A stretch of 64,000 nucleotides of DNA from an uncultured beta proteobacterium (GTDB lineage Bacteria; Pseudomonadota; Gammaproteobacteria; Burkholderiales; Burkholderiaceae_C), in NCBI GenBank assembly GCA_963717575.1, contig CAVQWK010000034.1, forward strand, positions 30,300 to 94,299. The letters are read 5' to 3'. Shown here piece by piece: positions 12,092 through 22,927 of the stretch. The position numbers were made by a program, and so were the translations under genes. The notes under the pieces are model-generated. The model saw only the letters and a list, made by a program, of their open reading frames with translations. It searched no databases and was not told where the DNA came from. Within the stretch, counting starts at the first letter, position 1. Each line of letters begins with the position of its first letter.

Positions 12092-15000
12092 GGCACAGCC
12101 ACCGGCGCGCCCTGCAGCAGGGTGTCCAGTGCCGCCAGCAGCGCCAGCGGCGGCGGCACGTGGTGACAGCCCCGCGCCGGGCCGCGGATGCCGCGGATGA
12201 AGAAGTAGACCGCTCCGCCGAGTTGCCGCGCCGGGTCATAGCTGGCCCCCAGTCGCCCGCGCAGCAGGCGGTGCAGCGCCAGCAGGTAGAGGGCCGCCTG
12301 CACGTCGTAACGGTGTTCGGCCATCGCGGTCTGCATCGCCTCGGGCGTGTAGTCGGCATCGGCCAGCCCCAGCGCGTTGGACTTGTAGTCCAGCACCCAC
12401 CAACGGCCACCGTGTTCGAACACGAGGTCGGCAAAGCCCATCAACATGCCGCGCAGTTCGCGTTCGGGCAACGCGGGTCGATCGATGCCCGTGAGCAGGT
12501 GGGCGCGGCACAGCGCATCGACCCGGCTGGCCACCAGGCCGTCGCTCGGGAACCAGAACTCCATCTCGGGCAGCAGCCTGTCCAACCCGCACAACGGCGC
12601 CCCCACCGGGGGCAACGGGGTGTCCAGCACCGCACTCAGCCACGACAGCACCGCACCCGCCTGGCGGCCCCAGCCTTGCTGCTCGCAGCGGCGCTGCAGC
12701 TGATGCTGCAACTCGGGCGAACCGTTCAGCGCGAAGCCCTCGCCGGCCAGCCATTCGAGCTGGTCGTGCAGGAAGTTGCCGGGCGCCGCACCCCGCGGGA
12801 AACCGTGCCAGTCGGCGCCGGCACCGACACCGGGGCGCCTCAGTTCTGGCAGCGCGGCGCCGGGTGCCGACACGGACCGGCCAGCCCCCGGCACGTCGGG
12901 AGTCGCGTCGGCCGGCGCAGGCACTTCATCGTCGCGCGCCGCGGCCGCGCTCACCGCTCCCGGCCCCGGACGCACCAGGGCCGTGAAGCTGCCGACGGAC
13001 CAGCGCCGTTCGAAGCTGCCTGCATACGGGACGAGGGGGCGCAGCGGCAAGCGCCTCGGCGCGCGACCGCAGCCGGGTGCGGGCCACTTCCCGCGCCGGC
13101 TCGACCACGATGCCGGCCGCGGCCTGCCCCAGCGCTTCGACCTGGGCGCCAAAGCCCGCAGCGTCGGTCGGTGCGCCGCCGCCCACGATGTAGCCGATGG
13201 CACTGCGGTGCGAGGTGCAGGCGGGGCTCGGGCCGACCTTCAGCGGCGCCAGTCCCACCCACAAGGCGTGCCGGGCGCGTGTCAGCGCCACGTAGAGCAG
13301 GCGCAGGTCCTCGCGCAGGCGTTCCTGGTCGGCGGCAGCGATCAGTTCGTCGGACACCTGCAGGTGCAGCGTGCGCCGGCCGTGGGCGTCGGCCACGTCG
13401 ACGAAGGAGGTGCGTGCCTTGTCCACGCCACGGAAACTGCAGGGGAACGGCAGGAAGACCAGCGGGTACTCCAGGCCCTTGGCCTTGTGCACCGTGACGA
13501 CCTGGACGAGGTCGGCGTCGCTCTCGAGGCGAAGTACCTGCTCATCGCCACTGCCGGCGCCACCGCGGATCTGCGCGGCCAGCCAGCGGATCAAGGCCTG
13601 CTCGCCGTCGAGCCGGGCGCTGGCCGCCTGCAGCAGTTCGGCCAGGTGCAGGACATTGGTGAGGCGGCGCTCGCCCACGGCCTCGCCGACGTCGGGCGCC
13701 GCCTCGTCCGCGTCGGCGCCGGTCGGTGCCGATAGCCAACGCCCCGGCAGGCCCAGCAGGTGCAGGGCCCGGCGCAGCATCGCCAGCACGCCCTGCCCCT
13801 GCCAGACGGCGTGCAGCAGCCGAAAGTGCTCGCTGCGTGCGTCGAACGCCTCGTCATCCGTGGCCAGTTGCTCCAGTTCGGCCAGCGACAGGCCGAGCGA
13901 GGGCGTGGCGAGCGCAGCGTGCGCGAGGCGAGTGTCCTGCGGCGAGGCCACGGCCTGAAGCAGGCGTAGCAGGTCACGTGCCTCGGCGCTGCGGAACACC
14001 GACTCCTTGTCGGACAGGTAGACCGACGCCACCCCGCGCCGACGCAGCGCCTGTCGCACGGCGGCCGCCTGCCGGCCCGTGCGCACGAGCACGGCGATGT
14101 CGGCCGGCCGCAGGCGCGTCAGGCCCGGCGTGGATGGGAGGAAGCCGGCACCGGGGTCGTTCAAGAGGGTCACGATGCGCTCGGCACAACGCTGCGCGAA
14201 GAGGCGCAGGTAGGTCGCACCGTCCTGCAGTTCGGTGTCCAGCACCAGCGTGATGGCCGGCGCGGGTCCGTCGGAGGTCACCAGCGATTCATCGCGGCCC
14301 CGCGCCGCCACCGGCACGAAGGGCAGCGGGTTGTCGGTCGGATCATCGAGCGGGCCGGCGCGGAACATGAAGGCACCCTCGCCGCCCCGCGCCTCGGCAC
14401 GCTCGAAGACCCGGTTCACCGCGGCCACCAGTGCTTGCGTCGAGCGGTGGTTGGTGCCCAGCACATAGTGGCGCCCGGCCGTGGCGCGGCGCACGCCGAG
14501 ATAGCTGTGGATGTCGGCACCACGAAAGGCGTAGATCGATTGCTTGGGGTCGCCAATCAGCAGCAGGGCGGTGTCGCGCCCGTTGTCCGCAATGCGGTAG
14601 AGACGGTCGAAGATGCGCGCCTGAAGCGGCGAGGTGTCCTGGAACTCGTCGATCAGGGCCACCGGGTACTGCGCCAGGATGCGCTCGCGCAAGCGCTCGG
14701 CGTTGGCGCCGTTGTGCTCGGCATCCAGGGCCTGGTCGAGGCGCCGCAGCATGTCGGCGAAGCCGAAGGTGCCCGCCCGCTGCTTGAGCTCGGCCAGGCG
14801 CCGCTGGATGCAGGCGACGGCGTGCAGGCGCAGCGCCGGCGCCAGTGGCGGGACCGCGGCCAGCGCCTCCATCAGTTGTGCGAAGGCGGCGAATAGCGGC
14901 GGCAGCGTGACGCTGGCGCCCGGCTTGAGCGCCGCGTGCATGCCATCCGGCGTGAGGCGCGTGGCGCCGGTGTTCATGGCGGGTGACAGGGCCTGCGGGT

Positions 15001-15850
15001 CGTCGGCCCAGGCAGCCAGGGCGTCGAGCCAGGCGGTGTAGTGCCTCCTCGTGAGCTTGCGCCTGTCGAAGGGAAAGGCCGGGTCGTCGTACCCGGCGTC
15101 GAGCCAGGCCCGCATCTCGTGCGCACGCTCGGCCCAGCCTTGCTTGAGGCGGTTCAGCGTGGCGCTGCGCCCGGCAGACAGCCGCTCGACGAGGTCGGCC
15201 AGGCTGCCCTCGCCCGCCTCCGCGGGCAGCTCGCGGTCGATGAGTTGCTGCGCGTCGCGGGTCAGCGCGTCGACGCCGCCCCACACCGCGAGCGCGATGT
15301 CCAGCGCCGCGGCGCGCAGCGGGTAGAACTGCTGTCGCCAGTAGTCGCGCACGGCTTCGGCCAGCATCGCGCTCTCGTTGGCGGCCAGCTCCTCGTCGAA
15401 CAGGCAGCCGCTGTCGAACGCATGTTCGCGCAGCATGCGCTGGCACCAGGCGTCGATGGTGTGCACCGCCGCATCGTCCATGCTCTCGGCGGCCATCTCG
15501 AGCCGCCAGGCCGCGCCCGTGCGCGACGCACCGGGCGGGTAGGCCGCCAGCAGCTCGGCCAGCAGGTCGTCGCCCGCCGCGGGCAAGGCTTCATTGCGGA
15601 AGCAGACGGCCGCTTCGAGCAGGCGCGCACGGATGCGGTCCGACAGCTCGCGCGTGGCGGCACGTGTGAAGGTCATGACCAGGATCTCGGCGGGAACCAG
15701 CGGGCGGCCGAAGCCCCGGTGCCCCCCATGGCCCAGCACCAGCCGCAGGTACAGCGCGGCAATCGTCCAGGTCTTGCCCGTCCCCGCACTGGCCTCGATG
15801 AGGCGGCTGCCCCACAGCGGGAAGGACGTTGGCTGCAGGGTCTCAGTCAT
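12088..15850 (-). CDS. recB: Exodeoxyribonuclease V beta subunit, frameshift near 13050
   Basis: IEASAGTGKT, IDEFQDT, IGDPKQSIYAFRGAD, TVHKAKGLEY, LYVALTRA; nuclease domain GFADLVF...VLDYKSN; start MTETLQP. Confidence 0.95.
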
Positions 15851-18800
15851 GCGCGCTGCCTCCCGCCGCGCCGGGCTCGTCGGCACCATGCAAGTCCAGC
15901 CGCACGTCGTCCCTGACCCACGCCGCCAGGGGCCCGAACAGACGCCCTGCCAGCGCCTCGAAACGCCCGTCGGCACGCAGCGCCGCATAGTCAGGGAACA
16001 GGCGGGCCAGGCAGGCCTCTTCGCCTTCGCCGGGCCGGGCGCGCGCGTACTCGCTCCCTTCGTAGACAGCGGCCACGTCGCGAACGCCCTGCACCAGGGC
16101 CAGTGCCGTGCGCGGCGCCAGCGGCAGCGGCGCCGCGCTGCCGTACAGGCCTTCGTGCCAGGCCTGCAACAGATCGGCCAGGGCCGCCGATGCCGGCGCC
16201 CGGGGCCAGGGCTGGACGGTGACGCACGCATCGCGCCCGACGATCACGCCGGACACCGCCACGCCGCTGGCACTGGCAGCCAGCATGCGCACCCAGGCGA
16301 CGAGCAGTCGGTCGGCACGCACGGTCCTCCGCTTCGGGTCGTCGCACAGGCTGCCGGCCACCAGCTCCAGCCAGACCGCCGGCGTGCCGCTGCCATCGCC
16401 GGCAGCGTGCAGGCTGCCGAGCCAGTCGTCGAGCACCAGCGCTCCGTGCACGAAACGCAAGGGCTGGTCGGGCAGGCGCACTGGAAGGCTCGCCTGCTGT
16501 TCCCGCCAACACGACAGCATCGGCACCAGGCTGTCCACCAGCGCCTGCGCGGTGCGCCGGCCGGGCTCGGCCATCGGCAGGCGCCCGGCACGATGCACGC
16601 GCGTCACCTGGGCCGTCACCACGGCGGCGAGATCGGTCACCGGCGCGGCGTCGAGCGCGCTCTGCGTCGAGTCGATCAGGTCGCGCATCAGCGCGTACTC
16701 GCCCAGCCCGGCAAGGACAAAGGGCTCGTCGTCGTCGGTCATTTGCGCGTCGTCGCCGAAAACGACGTTCAGGCGCCGGCGGAAAAAGTCCTGCACCGGG
16801 TTCCGCAGGAACGTGGCCAGCGCCGCCACCGTCAATGGCACCTCGGTGCCCGCTTCGGCAACCGTCGGCGGCGCGGCACCTCGGGCGGCCCCTTCAGCGG
16901 CAGCCGGCACCGTGTGGGCCGCCCGCCACTCCCGCGCATGGGTGAAGAGGGCCGGGCCGGCCGCGCCCCCCGCACCTTGTGCCGGCGCCTCGAAGTAGCG
17001 GCGGCTGAATGGCTGCAACGGGTGCTCGCAAGTGCGCGCGTCCAGCACCGCACTGCCCCAGCCTGCGGCGAGGTAGTCGCGCAACTGCGACACCAGCACC
17101 GAGGGCGGCTGCTCGCTGTTGTCGCGCACGCTGCGGCCGGCCCAGCTGACATACAGCACGCGCCGCGCCGACAGCAGGGCTTCGAGCATCAGCTGGCGGT
17201 CGTCATCGCGCCGTGACCGGTCGCCCGGCCGCTGGTGCCCAGGCCGACCCATGAGGTCGAAGTCGCTGCGGCTGCCGCGGCGCGGGTAGTCGCCGTCGTT
17301 CATGCCCAGCAGGCACACGACCTCGAAGGGGATGGCCCGCATCGGCAGCAGCGTGCAGAAGGTCACGCCGCCGGCGCGAAAGCGGCGGCCGAGGCCCGGC
17401 TCGTCGATGCCGGCCAGCCAGGCCTCGCGCGCCACCGCCAGGTCCACGGGCTGTTCGAAACCAGCCACGGCGCAGGCCTCCAACCAGGCGCGCAAGGCAT
17501 CGTGCAAGGCCGCCACGGTGGCGCGATCGCGCTCGTCGCCAGGGTCGAAGAAGGCCTGCAGCAGTGCGCGGCCGCGTTCGGCCCACACGGCCGGCGTGGC
17601 GCTGCCGCGCGCCTGCTCGAACCAGCGCACCAAGGCCGCGACGAGGTCGGCCAGCGACCCCGCGAGCGCGGCTTCCAGGCCACCCACCTCGGCATACGGC
17701 TCCGCGCCCCGGAACGAGCCCGGTTCGCCGACCCCCTCCCCCACCGCGTAGCCCATCAACATCCGCTGCAGCCCGAACAGCCAGGTGTTCTGTTCGCCGC
17801 ACGCCGCCAGGCCGAGTCCGGCGCGGTGCTCGGCATGCAAGCCCCAACGCACCCCCGCACCTTCCATCCACTGCGCCAGGCGCGGCAGGTCGTCGCCGGA
17901 GAGGCCGAAGCGAGACGCCACCGCCGCCACGTCGATCAGGTCGCGGATCTCCGTCAGCCCGCACCGCTGTTGCGGCAGGCGCAGCAGCCATTCGAGCGCC
18001 ACCAGCAGCGGGTTGTGGCCGCGATCCCTGAGGTCGGCAATGTCGTGCGGGATGAAGCGCGCGTCGCCACGCGGGACCTGGCCGAAGACCGAGCGGATCG
18101 CCGGTGCGAAAGCGTCGATGTCGGGCACCATCACGACCACGTCGCGGGGATTCAACGGCCGTCCCCCCGGCGGGTGGGCCAGCCATTCCAGCAACTGGTC
18201 GTGCAGGATCTCGACCTCGCGCTGCGCGCCGTGCGCGATGTGGAAGACGATCGAGCGGTCGGCGGCGTCGACCGTCGCCGCCGCACCGACGGTCGCGTGC
18301 TCGTTCAAGGGCACCAGGTCGCGGATGCGCGCCTGCACTTGTTCGAGCAGGGTGACGCCCGGCCCGTCGTCGAACAGGTCCACGCGCGACAGGGCGAAGC
18401 GCTGCTGCGTCGCCAGCACGTCGTCGAAGGCGTCGAGCTGGCGCACGAAGTCACGGCCCTGGCGGCCCCATGCGGCAAGCAGCGGGTGGGCGTGGGCGTG
18501 CATCTCCTCCATGCCCACGGCGGCCAGGTCGCGGCCGTCGCGCAACGGGTGGCGGCGACGCGCCATCTGCAGCAATTCCCGGCCGTCGATGATGTCGGCC
18601 CAGTGGTAGCGGCAAGGGTTGGGAACGGCCAGCACCACCTGGCAGAGGCCCGACAACGCGGCCAGCGCCTGCAGCGTCTGCATCGGCACGTGCGTCATGC
18701 CGAACAGGACCAGACGCCGCGCCAGAGGCGCTGCCGGCCGAGCGCCGCCATCGAGCGCGGTGACGAAGCGCTGGTGCAGCCGCGGGCGGATGCCGGCTCG

Positions 18801-19400
18801 CTCCTGCGGACTCAGCGCCGCCAGCAGCTCCCGCCACAGCGCGGGCTGCCAGGCCTGGTCGGCAGGCAGTGCGTCGGCGGCCAGGCCCGGTCCGCGGATC
18901 AGGATATCGCGGCCCTGGCCCCAGGCCTCCAGCCAGTCGCCGCGATAGACCTGGTACTGGTCGAAGAGGTCGGCAAGCGACTGGGCCAACTGCAGCCGGC
19001 GCCCCGGATCACCGCCGCGCAGGAAGCCGGCCATGGGTTCGAAGCCCGGTCGTTCGAGCAGCCCGGGCAGCAGCTGCATCAGGCGCCAGGTCAAGGGCAG
19101 CCTGTCCAATGCCGACTGCGCCGGCACCGCATCGCGTCCCAGCAACTGCCGGCAGGTGCGCCACAGGAACCGTGCCGGCAACTCGACACGGGTGGCGGCG
19201 CAGATGCCGCTGTGCGTGGCCAGGCTCATCTTCAGCCATTCGGCGACGCCGTTGCTCTGCACGAGGAAGATCTCTTCCTCCAGCGGCTGCAGGGGGTGCC
19301 GGCGCAGCCATTCGAACACGGCCTCGGCCAGTGCCTCGGCGCGGTTGCCGTGCAGGACGAGCAGGCCGGGCGTGATGCCGGGGGAGGTGTCGGGTGTCAT
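15843..19400 (-). CDS. recC: Exodeoxyribonuclease V gamma subunit
   Basis: LVQSNGVAEWLK, LFDQYQVYR, REVEILHDQL, CTLLPMRAIPF, HPLQPFS; overlaps the recB start. Confidence 0.95.
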   Translation of the reverse strand: MTPDTSPGITPGLLVLHGNRAEALAEAVFEWLRRHPLQPLEEEIFLVQSNGVAEWLKMSLATHSGICAATRVELPARFLWRTCRQLLGRDAVPAQSALDRLPLTWRLMQLLPGLLERPGFEPMAGFLRGGDPGRRLQLAQSLADLFDQYQVYRGDWLEAWGQGRDILIRGPGLAADALPADQAWQPALWRELLAALSPQERAGIRPRLHQRFVTALDGGARPAAPLARRLVLFGMTHVPMQTLQALAALSGLCQVVLAVPNPCRYHWADIIDGRELLQMARRRHPLRDGRDLAAVGMEEMHAHAHPLLAAWGRQGRDFVRQLDAFDDVLATQQRFALSRVDLFDDGPGVTLLEQVQARIRDLVPLNEHATVGAAATVDAADRSIVFHIAHGAQREVEILHDQLLEWLAHPPGGRPLNPRDVVVMVPDIDAFAPAIRSVFGQVPRGDARFIPHDIADLRDRGHNPLLVALEWLLRLPQQRCGLTEIRDLIDVAAVASRFGLSGDDLPRLAQWMEGAGVRWGLHAEHRAGLGLAACGEQNTWLFGLQRMLMGYAVGEGVGEPGSFRGAEPYAEVGGLEAALAGSLADLVAALVRWFEQARGSATPAVWAERGRALLQAFFDPGDERDRATVAALHDALRAWLEACAVAGFEQPVDLAVAREAWLAGIDEPGLGRRFRAGGVTFCTLLPMRAIPFEVVCLLGMNDGDYPRRGSRSDFDLMGRPGHQRPGDRSRRDDDRQLMLEALLSARRVLYVSWAGRSVRDNSEQPPSVLVSQLRDYLAAGWGSAVLDARTCEHPLQPFSRRYFEAPAQGAGGAAGPALFTHAREWRAAHTVPAAAEGAARGAAPPTVAEAGTEVPLTVAALATFLRNPVQDFFRRRLNVVFGDDAQMTDDDEPFVLAGLGEYALMRDLIDSTQSALDAAPVTDLAAVVTAQVTRVHRAGRLPMAEPGRRTAQALVDSLVPMLSCWREQQASLPVRLPDQPLRFVHGALVLDDWLGSLHAAGDGSGTPAVWLELVAGSLCDDPKRRTVRADRLLVAWVRMLAASASGVAVSGVIVGRDACVTVQPWPRAPASAALADLLQAWHEGLYGSAAPLPLAPRTALALVQGVRDVAAVYEGSEYARARPGEGEEACLARLFPDYAALRADGRFEALAGRLFGPLAAWVRDDVRLDLHGADEPGAAGGSAHD

Positions 19401-19558
19401 GCGGTGGGTGTGGTCACACCGCCCTCAGCGGGCGCCGGTGTCTCACCGGCCGATGCTATGACGAACCCTCGGGCAAGCGGATGATGGCGCCGGCGATCGG
19501 CGCCGCACGCACTGGGTACACTCCGTGCCCGCTTGCGACCCGGTCGCGCCGGGCACCC

Positions 19559-20029
19559 ATGGCAGGCATCCACATCACCGACATCGAAGCGGCCATCAAC
19601 TGGTGGCGCGAACGTTCGCCCTCACCCGACGGCATCACGGCCTGCCCCGAGGTGCGCGCGCTGGCCGAGGTGTACGCGCTGATGGTGTACGGCCACGAGG
19701 CGCTGTGCGACGAGCCGACGATGCCCGCCCGCGCCAGGCAGGCCTGGCTGGCCTGGTACGACAGCACGCCCGACGCACCCTGCATCGCGATCTGCTCCAC
19801 GAGCCAGGGTGACTCCATCTGCAAGGGCTGCGGCCGCAGCTTCGAGGAGGTGCAGCGCTGGCCGGAGTACGGCCCGGTGGAAAAGCGCGCCGTCTGGCGC
19901 CGCATCACCATGGAAGGCACGGCCTGGCGCTTCAACCGCTACGCCGAGCGCGCACGTGAAGCCAGCGGCGCCGACCACCCGGACCCCGAGGTCTTCAGCC
20001 CCCCGGCATCGAAGGCGGACCGGCCCTGA
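19559..20029 (+). CDS. DUF3717 + DUF1289-type Cys-rich (putative Fe-S) protein
   Basis: IHITDIEAAINWWR N-domain; PCIAICST...CKGCGRS..EV..W C-domain. Confidence 0.75.
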   Translation: MAGIHITDIEAAINWWRERSPSPDGITACPEVRALAEVYALMVYGHEALCDEPTMPARARQAWLAWYDSTPDAPCIAICSTSQGDSICKGCGRSFEEVQRWPEYGPVEKRAVWRRITMEGTAWRFNRYAERAREASGADHPDPEVFSPPASKADRP

Positions 20030-21350
20030 ACACCGGCAGCTCGAGCACGAAGCAGCTGCCACCGCCTTCGCGCGGCTCGCAGTGCACCCGGCCGCCGTGT
20101 CGCTCGGCGATCTGACGCACGAGGGACAGACCGAGACCCACCCCGCCCGCCCGTTCGGCGTGGCCGGGAAGGCGGAAGAAGGCCTCGAAGATGCGTTCCC
20201 GATAGGCCTCCGGGACGCCGGGGCCGCGGTCGCAGACGCGCACTTCGACGCGCGCGCCGAGCCCGGGCACGCGCCGGGTGCTGGCCTCGATCTCGGTGCC
20301 ACCGTAGCGGCGCGCGTTTTCGACCAAATTGCGCACCGCACGGCGCAGCAGCCGTTCGTCACCCAGGACCTGCACGTCTTCACCCAGGGCCGTGGCGCCC
20401 ACGCGCGCGGCCTCCTCGGCCACCACGCCCAGCAGGGCCACGGGCTCGCGCACGTCCAGCACGGCGGCGGCGTCGAGCCGGCTCGTCAGCAGCACCTCTT
20501 CGACCAGTGCGTCGAGCTCGGCGATGTCGATGTCGATCTCCTTGCGCAGGCCTGCACGCTGCGCCGGCGGTGCCTCGTCGATCATGGCCACCGCCATCTT
20601 CAGGCGCGCCAGCGGCGACCTCAGCTCGTGGCTGGCATTGGCCAGCAGGCTCTGGTGTGAACGCAGCAGCGTCTCGATGCGCCCGGCGGCGCGGTTGAAG
20701 CTCGCACCCAGGGCCGCGACCTCGTCCCGCCCCTCCTCGGACACGCGCTGGTGCAGCGCACCGGCGCCGAAGGACTCGACACCCTGCTTCAAGGCCTCGA
20801 GCCTGCGCGTCAGGCGCCGTACGACCGGCCAGACGCCGCCGGCCACGGCCAGGAACAGCACGATGAGCAATGCCGCCAGACCGGCGCCGTCGGGCCAGCC
20901 GCGCGGCTGCAGCCAGAGCGGGCTCAGCCCGGGCCGGGGGGTGCCGGGGGGACCGCGCAAGGCCCCCAGCCGCGGCACCCATAACGTGCGCCCATCGTCG
21001 AGGCGGATCGAGTGCAGCCGCGGCTCCATGCCCGGGCGGTCGAAGCTGCGACGCAGGAACGACTCGGTGGCGGCGATGCGCCGGCCGCTCGCATCGTCCA
21101 GCGCCATCGGCACGCGCAGCCGCTGCGCCCAGTCGCCCAGCGCCTCCTGTTGTTCGGCGGGCGTGGCGTCGGCCGGCGGCAGCGCGCGCTGCAGCAATTC
21201 GGCCCACGCCTCTACGCGCTCGCGTGCGGCGCTCTCGGCCTGCGCGCGCTGTTCGCCGAACTGGTGTTGCACCAGGCCGCCGGCCACCAGAGCGAACAAC
21301 GCCAAGGCAGCCACCACGGTGACGTAGATGCGCAGGTACAGCGAACGCAT
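19995..21350 (-). CDS. HAMP-domain sensor histidine kinase (CpxA/RstB-like)
   Basis: Two TM segments, HAMP, SHELRSPLARL H-box, NLVENA, DRGPG, GLGLS. Confidence 0.95.
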   Translation of the reverse strand: MRSLYLRIYVTVVAALALFALVAGGLVQHQFGEQRAQAESAARERVEAWAELLQRALPPADATPAEQQEALGDWAQRLRVPMALDDASGRRIAATESFLRRSFDRPGMEPRLHSIRLDDGRTLWVPRLGALRGPPGTPRPGLSPLWLQPRGWPDGAGLAALLIVLFLAVAGGVWPVVRRLTRRLEALKQGVESFGAGALHQRVSEEGRDEVAALGASFNRAAGRIETLLRSHQSLLANASHELRSPLARLKMAVAMIDEAPPAQRAGLRKEIDIDIAELDALVEEVLLTSRLDAAAVLDVREPVALLGVVAEEAARVGATALGEDVQVLGDERLLRRAVRNLVENARRYGGTEIEASTRRVPGLGARVEVRVCDRGPGVPEAYRERIFEAFFRLPGHAERAGGVGLGLSLVRQIAERHGGRVHCEPREGGGSCFVLELPVFRAGPPSMPGG

Positions 21351-21437
21351 GGCCTCAGCGCCCGACGGATGTCGGCCACAAGGTGGCGCCCCGGGGTGGG
21401 ACGGGGTGAACGGCGTGGACCGGGGACCGGGCGTGCA

Positions 21438-22142
21438 CTACTCGGCGTCCTGCTTCCGCGCGAACAAGTAGCCCGTGCCGCGCACCGTCAGCACGCGCCG
21501 GGGCGACTTGGGGTCGTCCTCGATGACGGCGCGGATGCGCGAAATATGGACGTCGATGCTGCGGTCGAAGGCCTCCAGCGGGTGGCCCTTGAGTGCGTCC
21601 ATGATCTGGCCGCGCGACAGCACGCGCCCCGGGCTGCGCGCCAGCACCGTGAGCAGCTCGAACTGGTGGTTGGTCAGATCGCAGGGCCGGCCGTCGAGCC
21701 GCGCCTGCCGTGCACCGAGGTCGACCTCCAGCCGGCCGAAGTGCAGCACCGCGTCGTCGGCGGCGCCATCGGGCGCGGCGCGACGCAGCAGCGCCTTCAC
21801 ACGCGCCAGCAATTCGCGCGGCTCGAAGGGCTTGCCCAGGTAATCGTCGGCTCCGAGCTCCAGGCCCACGATGCGATCGGTGGGCTCGCCGCGCGCCGTC
21901 AGCATGAGCAGCGGCAGCCGGCGCGTGCGGGGTTGCGCGCGCAACTCGCGCGTGAAATCCAGGCCGTCGCCATCGGGCAACATGAGGTCCAGCACCAGAG
22001 CGTCGTAGCTGCCCTGGTTGAGCCGCTCGCGGCCGGCGGCCAGGGAACCCGCGGTATCGACCTCGAAGCCGTTGTGGCGCAGGTAGCCCCCCACCATGTC
22101 GGTGAGCCGGACGTCGTCGTCGATCAGCAGCAGGCGATTCAT
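21438..22142 (-). CDS. OmpR-family response regulator (CpxR-like)
   Basis: LLIDDD, LDLMLPDGDG, GADDYLGKPF, RSIDVHISRIR, TVRGTGY. Confidence 0.95.
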   Translation of the reverse strand: MNRLLLIDDDVRLTDMVGGYLRHNGFEVDTAGSLAAGRERLNQGSYDALVLDLMLPDGDGLDFTRELRAQPRTRRLPLLMLTARGEPTDRIVGLELGADDYLGKPFEPRELLARVKALLRRAAPDGAADDAVLHFGRLEVDLGARQARLDGRPCDLTNHQFELLTVLARSPGRVLSRGQIMDALKGHPLEAFDRSIDVHISRIRAVIEDDPKSPRRVLTVRGTGYLFARKQDAE

Positions 22143-22273
22143 TGCGTCGAGGATGCCATCACAAGTCTTGCCGGCCGCCGTGTGCCCCGGACCCTGCGGA
22201 CCGGGGTCGAAGTGACCGCCGCCCCGGTACACGCCGGGTTCGGCGGCACGGAACGGCGCCGCGGCAGGCCTGC

Positions 22274-22879
22274 TCAGCGCGTCGGCTTGGCTGCCGAATC
22301 ACGTTCGGCGCGGCGGCGCTCCATCATGGCGCGTCGTTCGGCCAGGCGATCGGCGATCGCCTTTCGCTGCTCCGGCGTGAGCACGCGGCTGACGTCGAGC
22401 ATGGCCTGCAGGGTGCGCTTGCTGGCCTGGTCGTGCTGCGCCAGCAACTGCTGGCGCAGTGCCTCGGCGGCCCGCGCGTCGACGGTGGGCTGCGTGAACA
22501 GCGCCTGGCCCTGCTCGCGCAGTGCGCGGCCGGCTTCGCGTTGCGCCTTCAGGTCGGTCCGCGCGGACTCCATGATCTGCCTGATCTGAGCTCGCTGTTC
22601 GGCGCTGGCGCCGATGCTGTCGAACATCCGTTCCATCTGACGCGGATGCGCCATGGCCATGCCGCCCATGCCGCCCATCGCAGTCATGGCACCATGACCG
22701 CTGTCGCCGCCGGGAGGTGCGGCCATGGCCGTGTGCATCAGGCCGCCTGCCAGCGCGAGCACCGCGGTGGCGACCAGCAGCCGCAGCGGGCGCCGATCGA
22801 AGGTTCGGGTGACGTGGGTGGTGGGGGGTGTCGAGCGTTGCATCACATCTCCTGGTGGGTTCACGATGGGATTGATCAT
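22274..22879 (-). CDS. Spy/CpxP-family periplasmic chaperone
   Basis: Signal peptide, Gly/Met-rich segment, ASAEQRAQI and VLTPEQR (LTxxQ) motifs; start may be 22843. Confidence 0.85.
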   Translation of the reverse strand: MINPIVNPPGDVMQRSTPPTTHVTRTFDRRPLRLLVATAVLALAGGLMHTAMAAPPGGDSGHGAMTAMGGMGGMAMAHPRQMERMFDSIGASAEQRAQIRQIMESARTDLKAQREAGRALREQGQALFTQPTVDARAAEALRQQLLAQHDQASKRTLQAMLDVSRVLTPEQRKAIADRLAERRAMMERRRAERDSAAKPTR

Positions 22880-22927
22880 GGGTGCCGGTCGTAACGGCGG
22901 TGTGCGCCCCAGGTAAAGAACTGTGTG

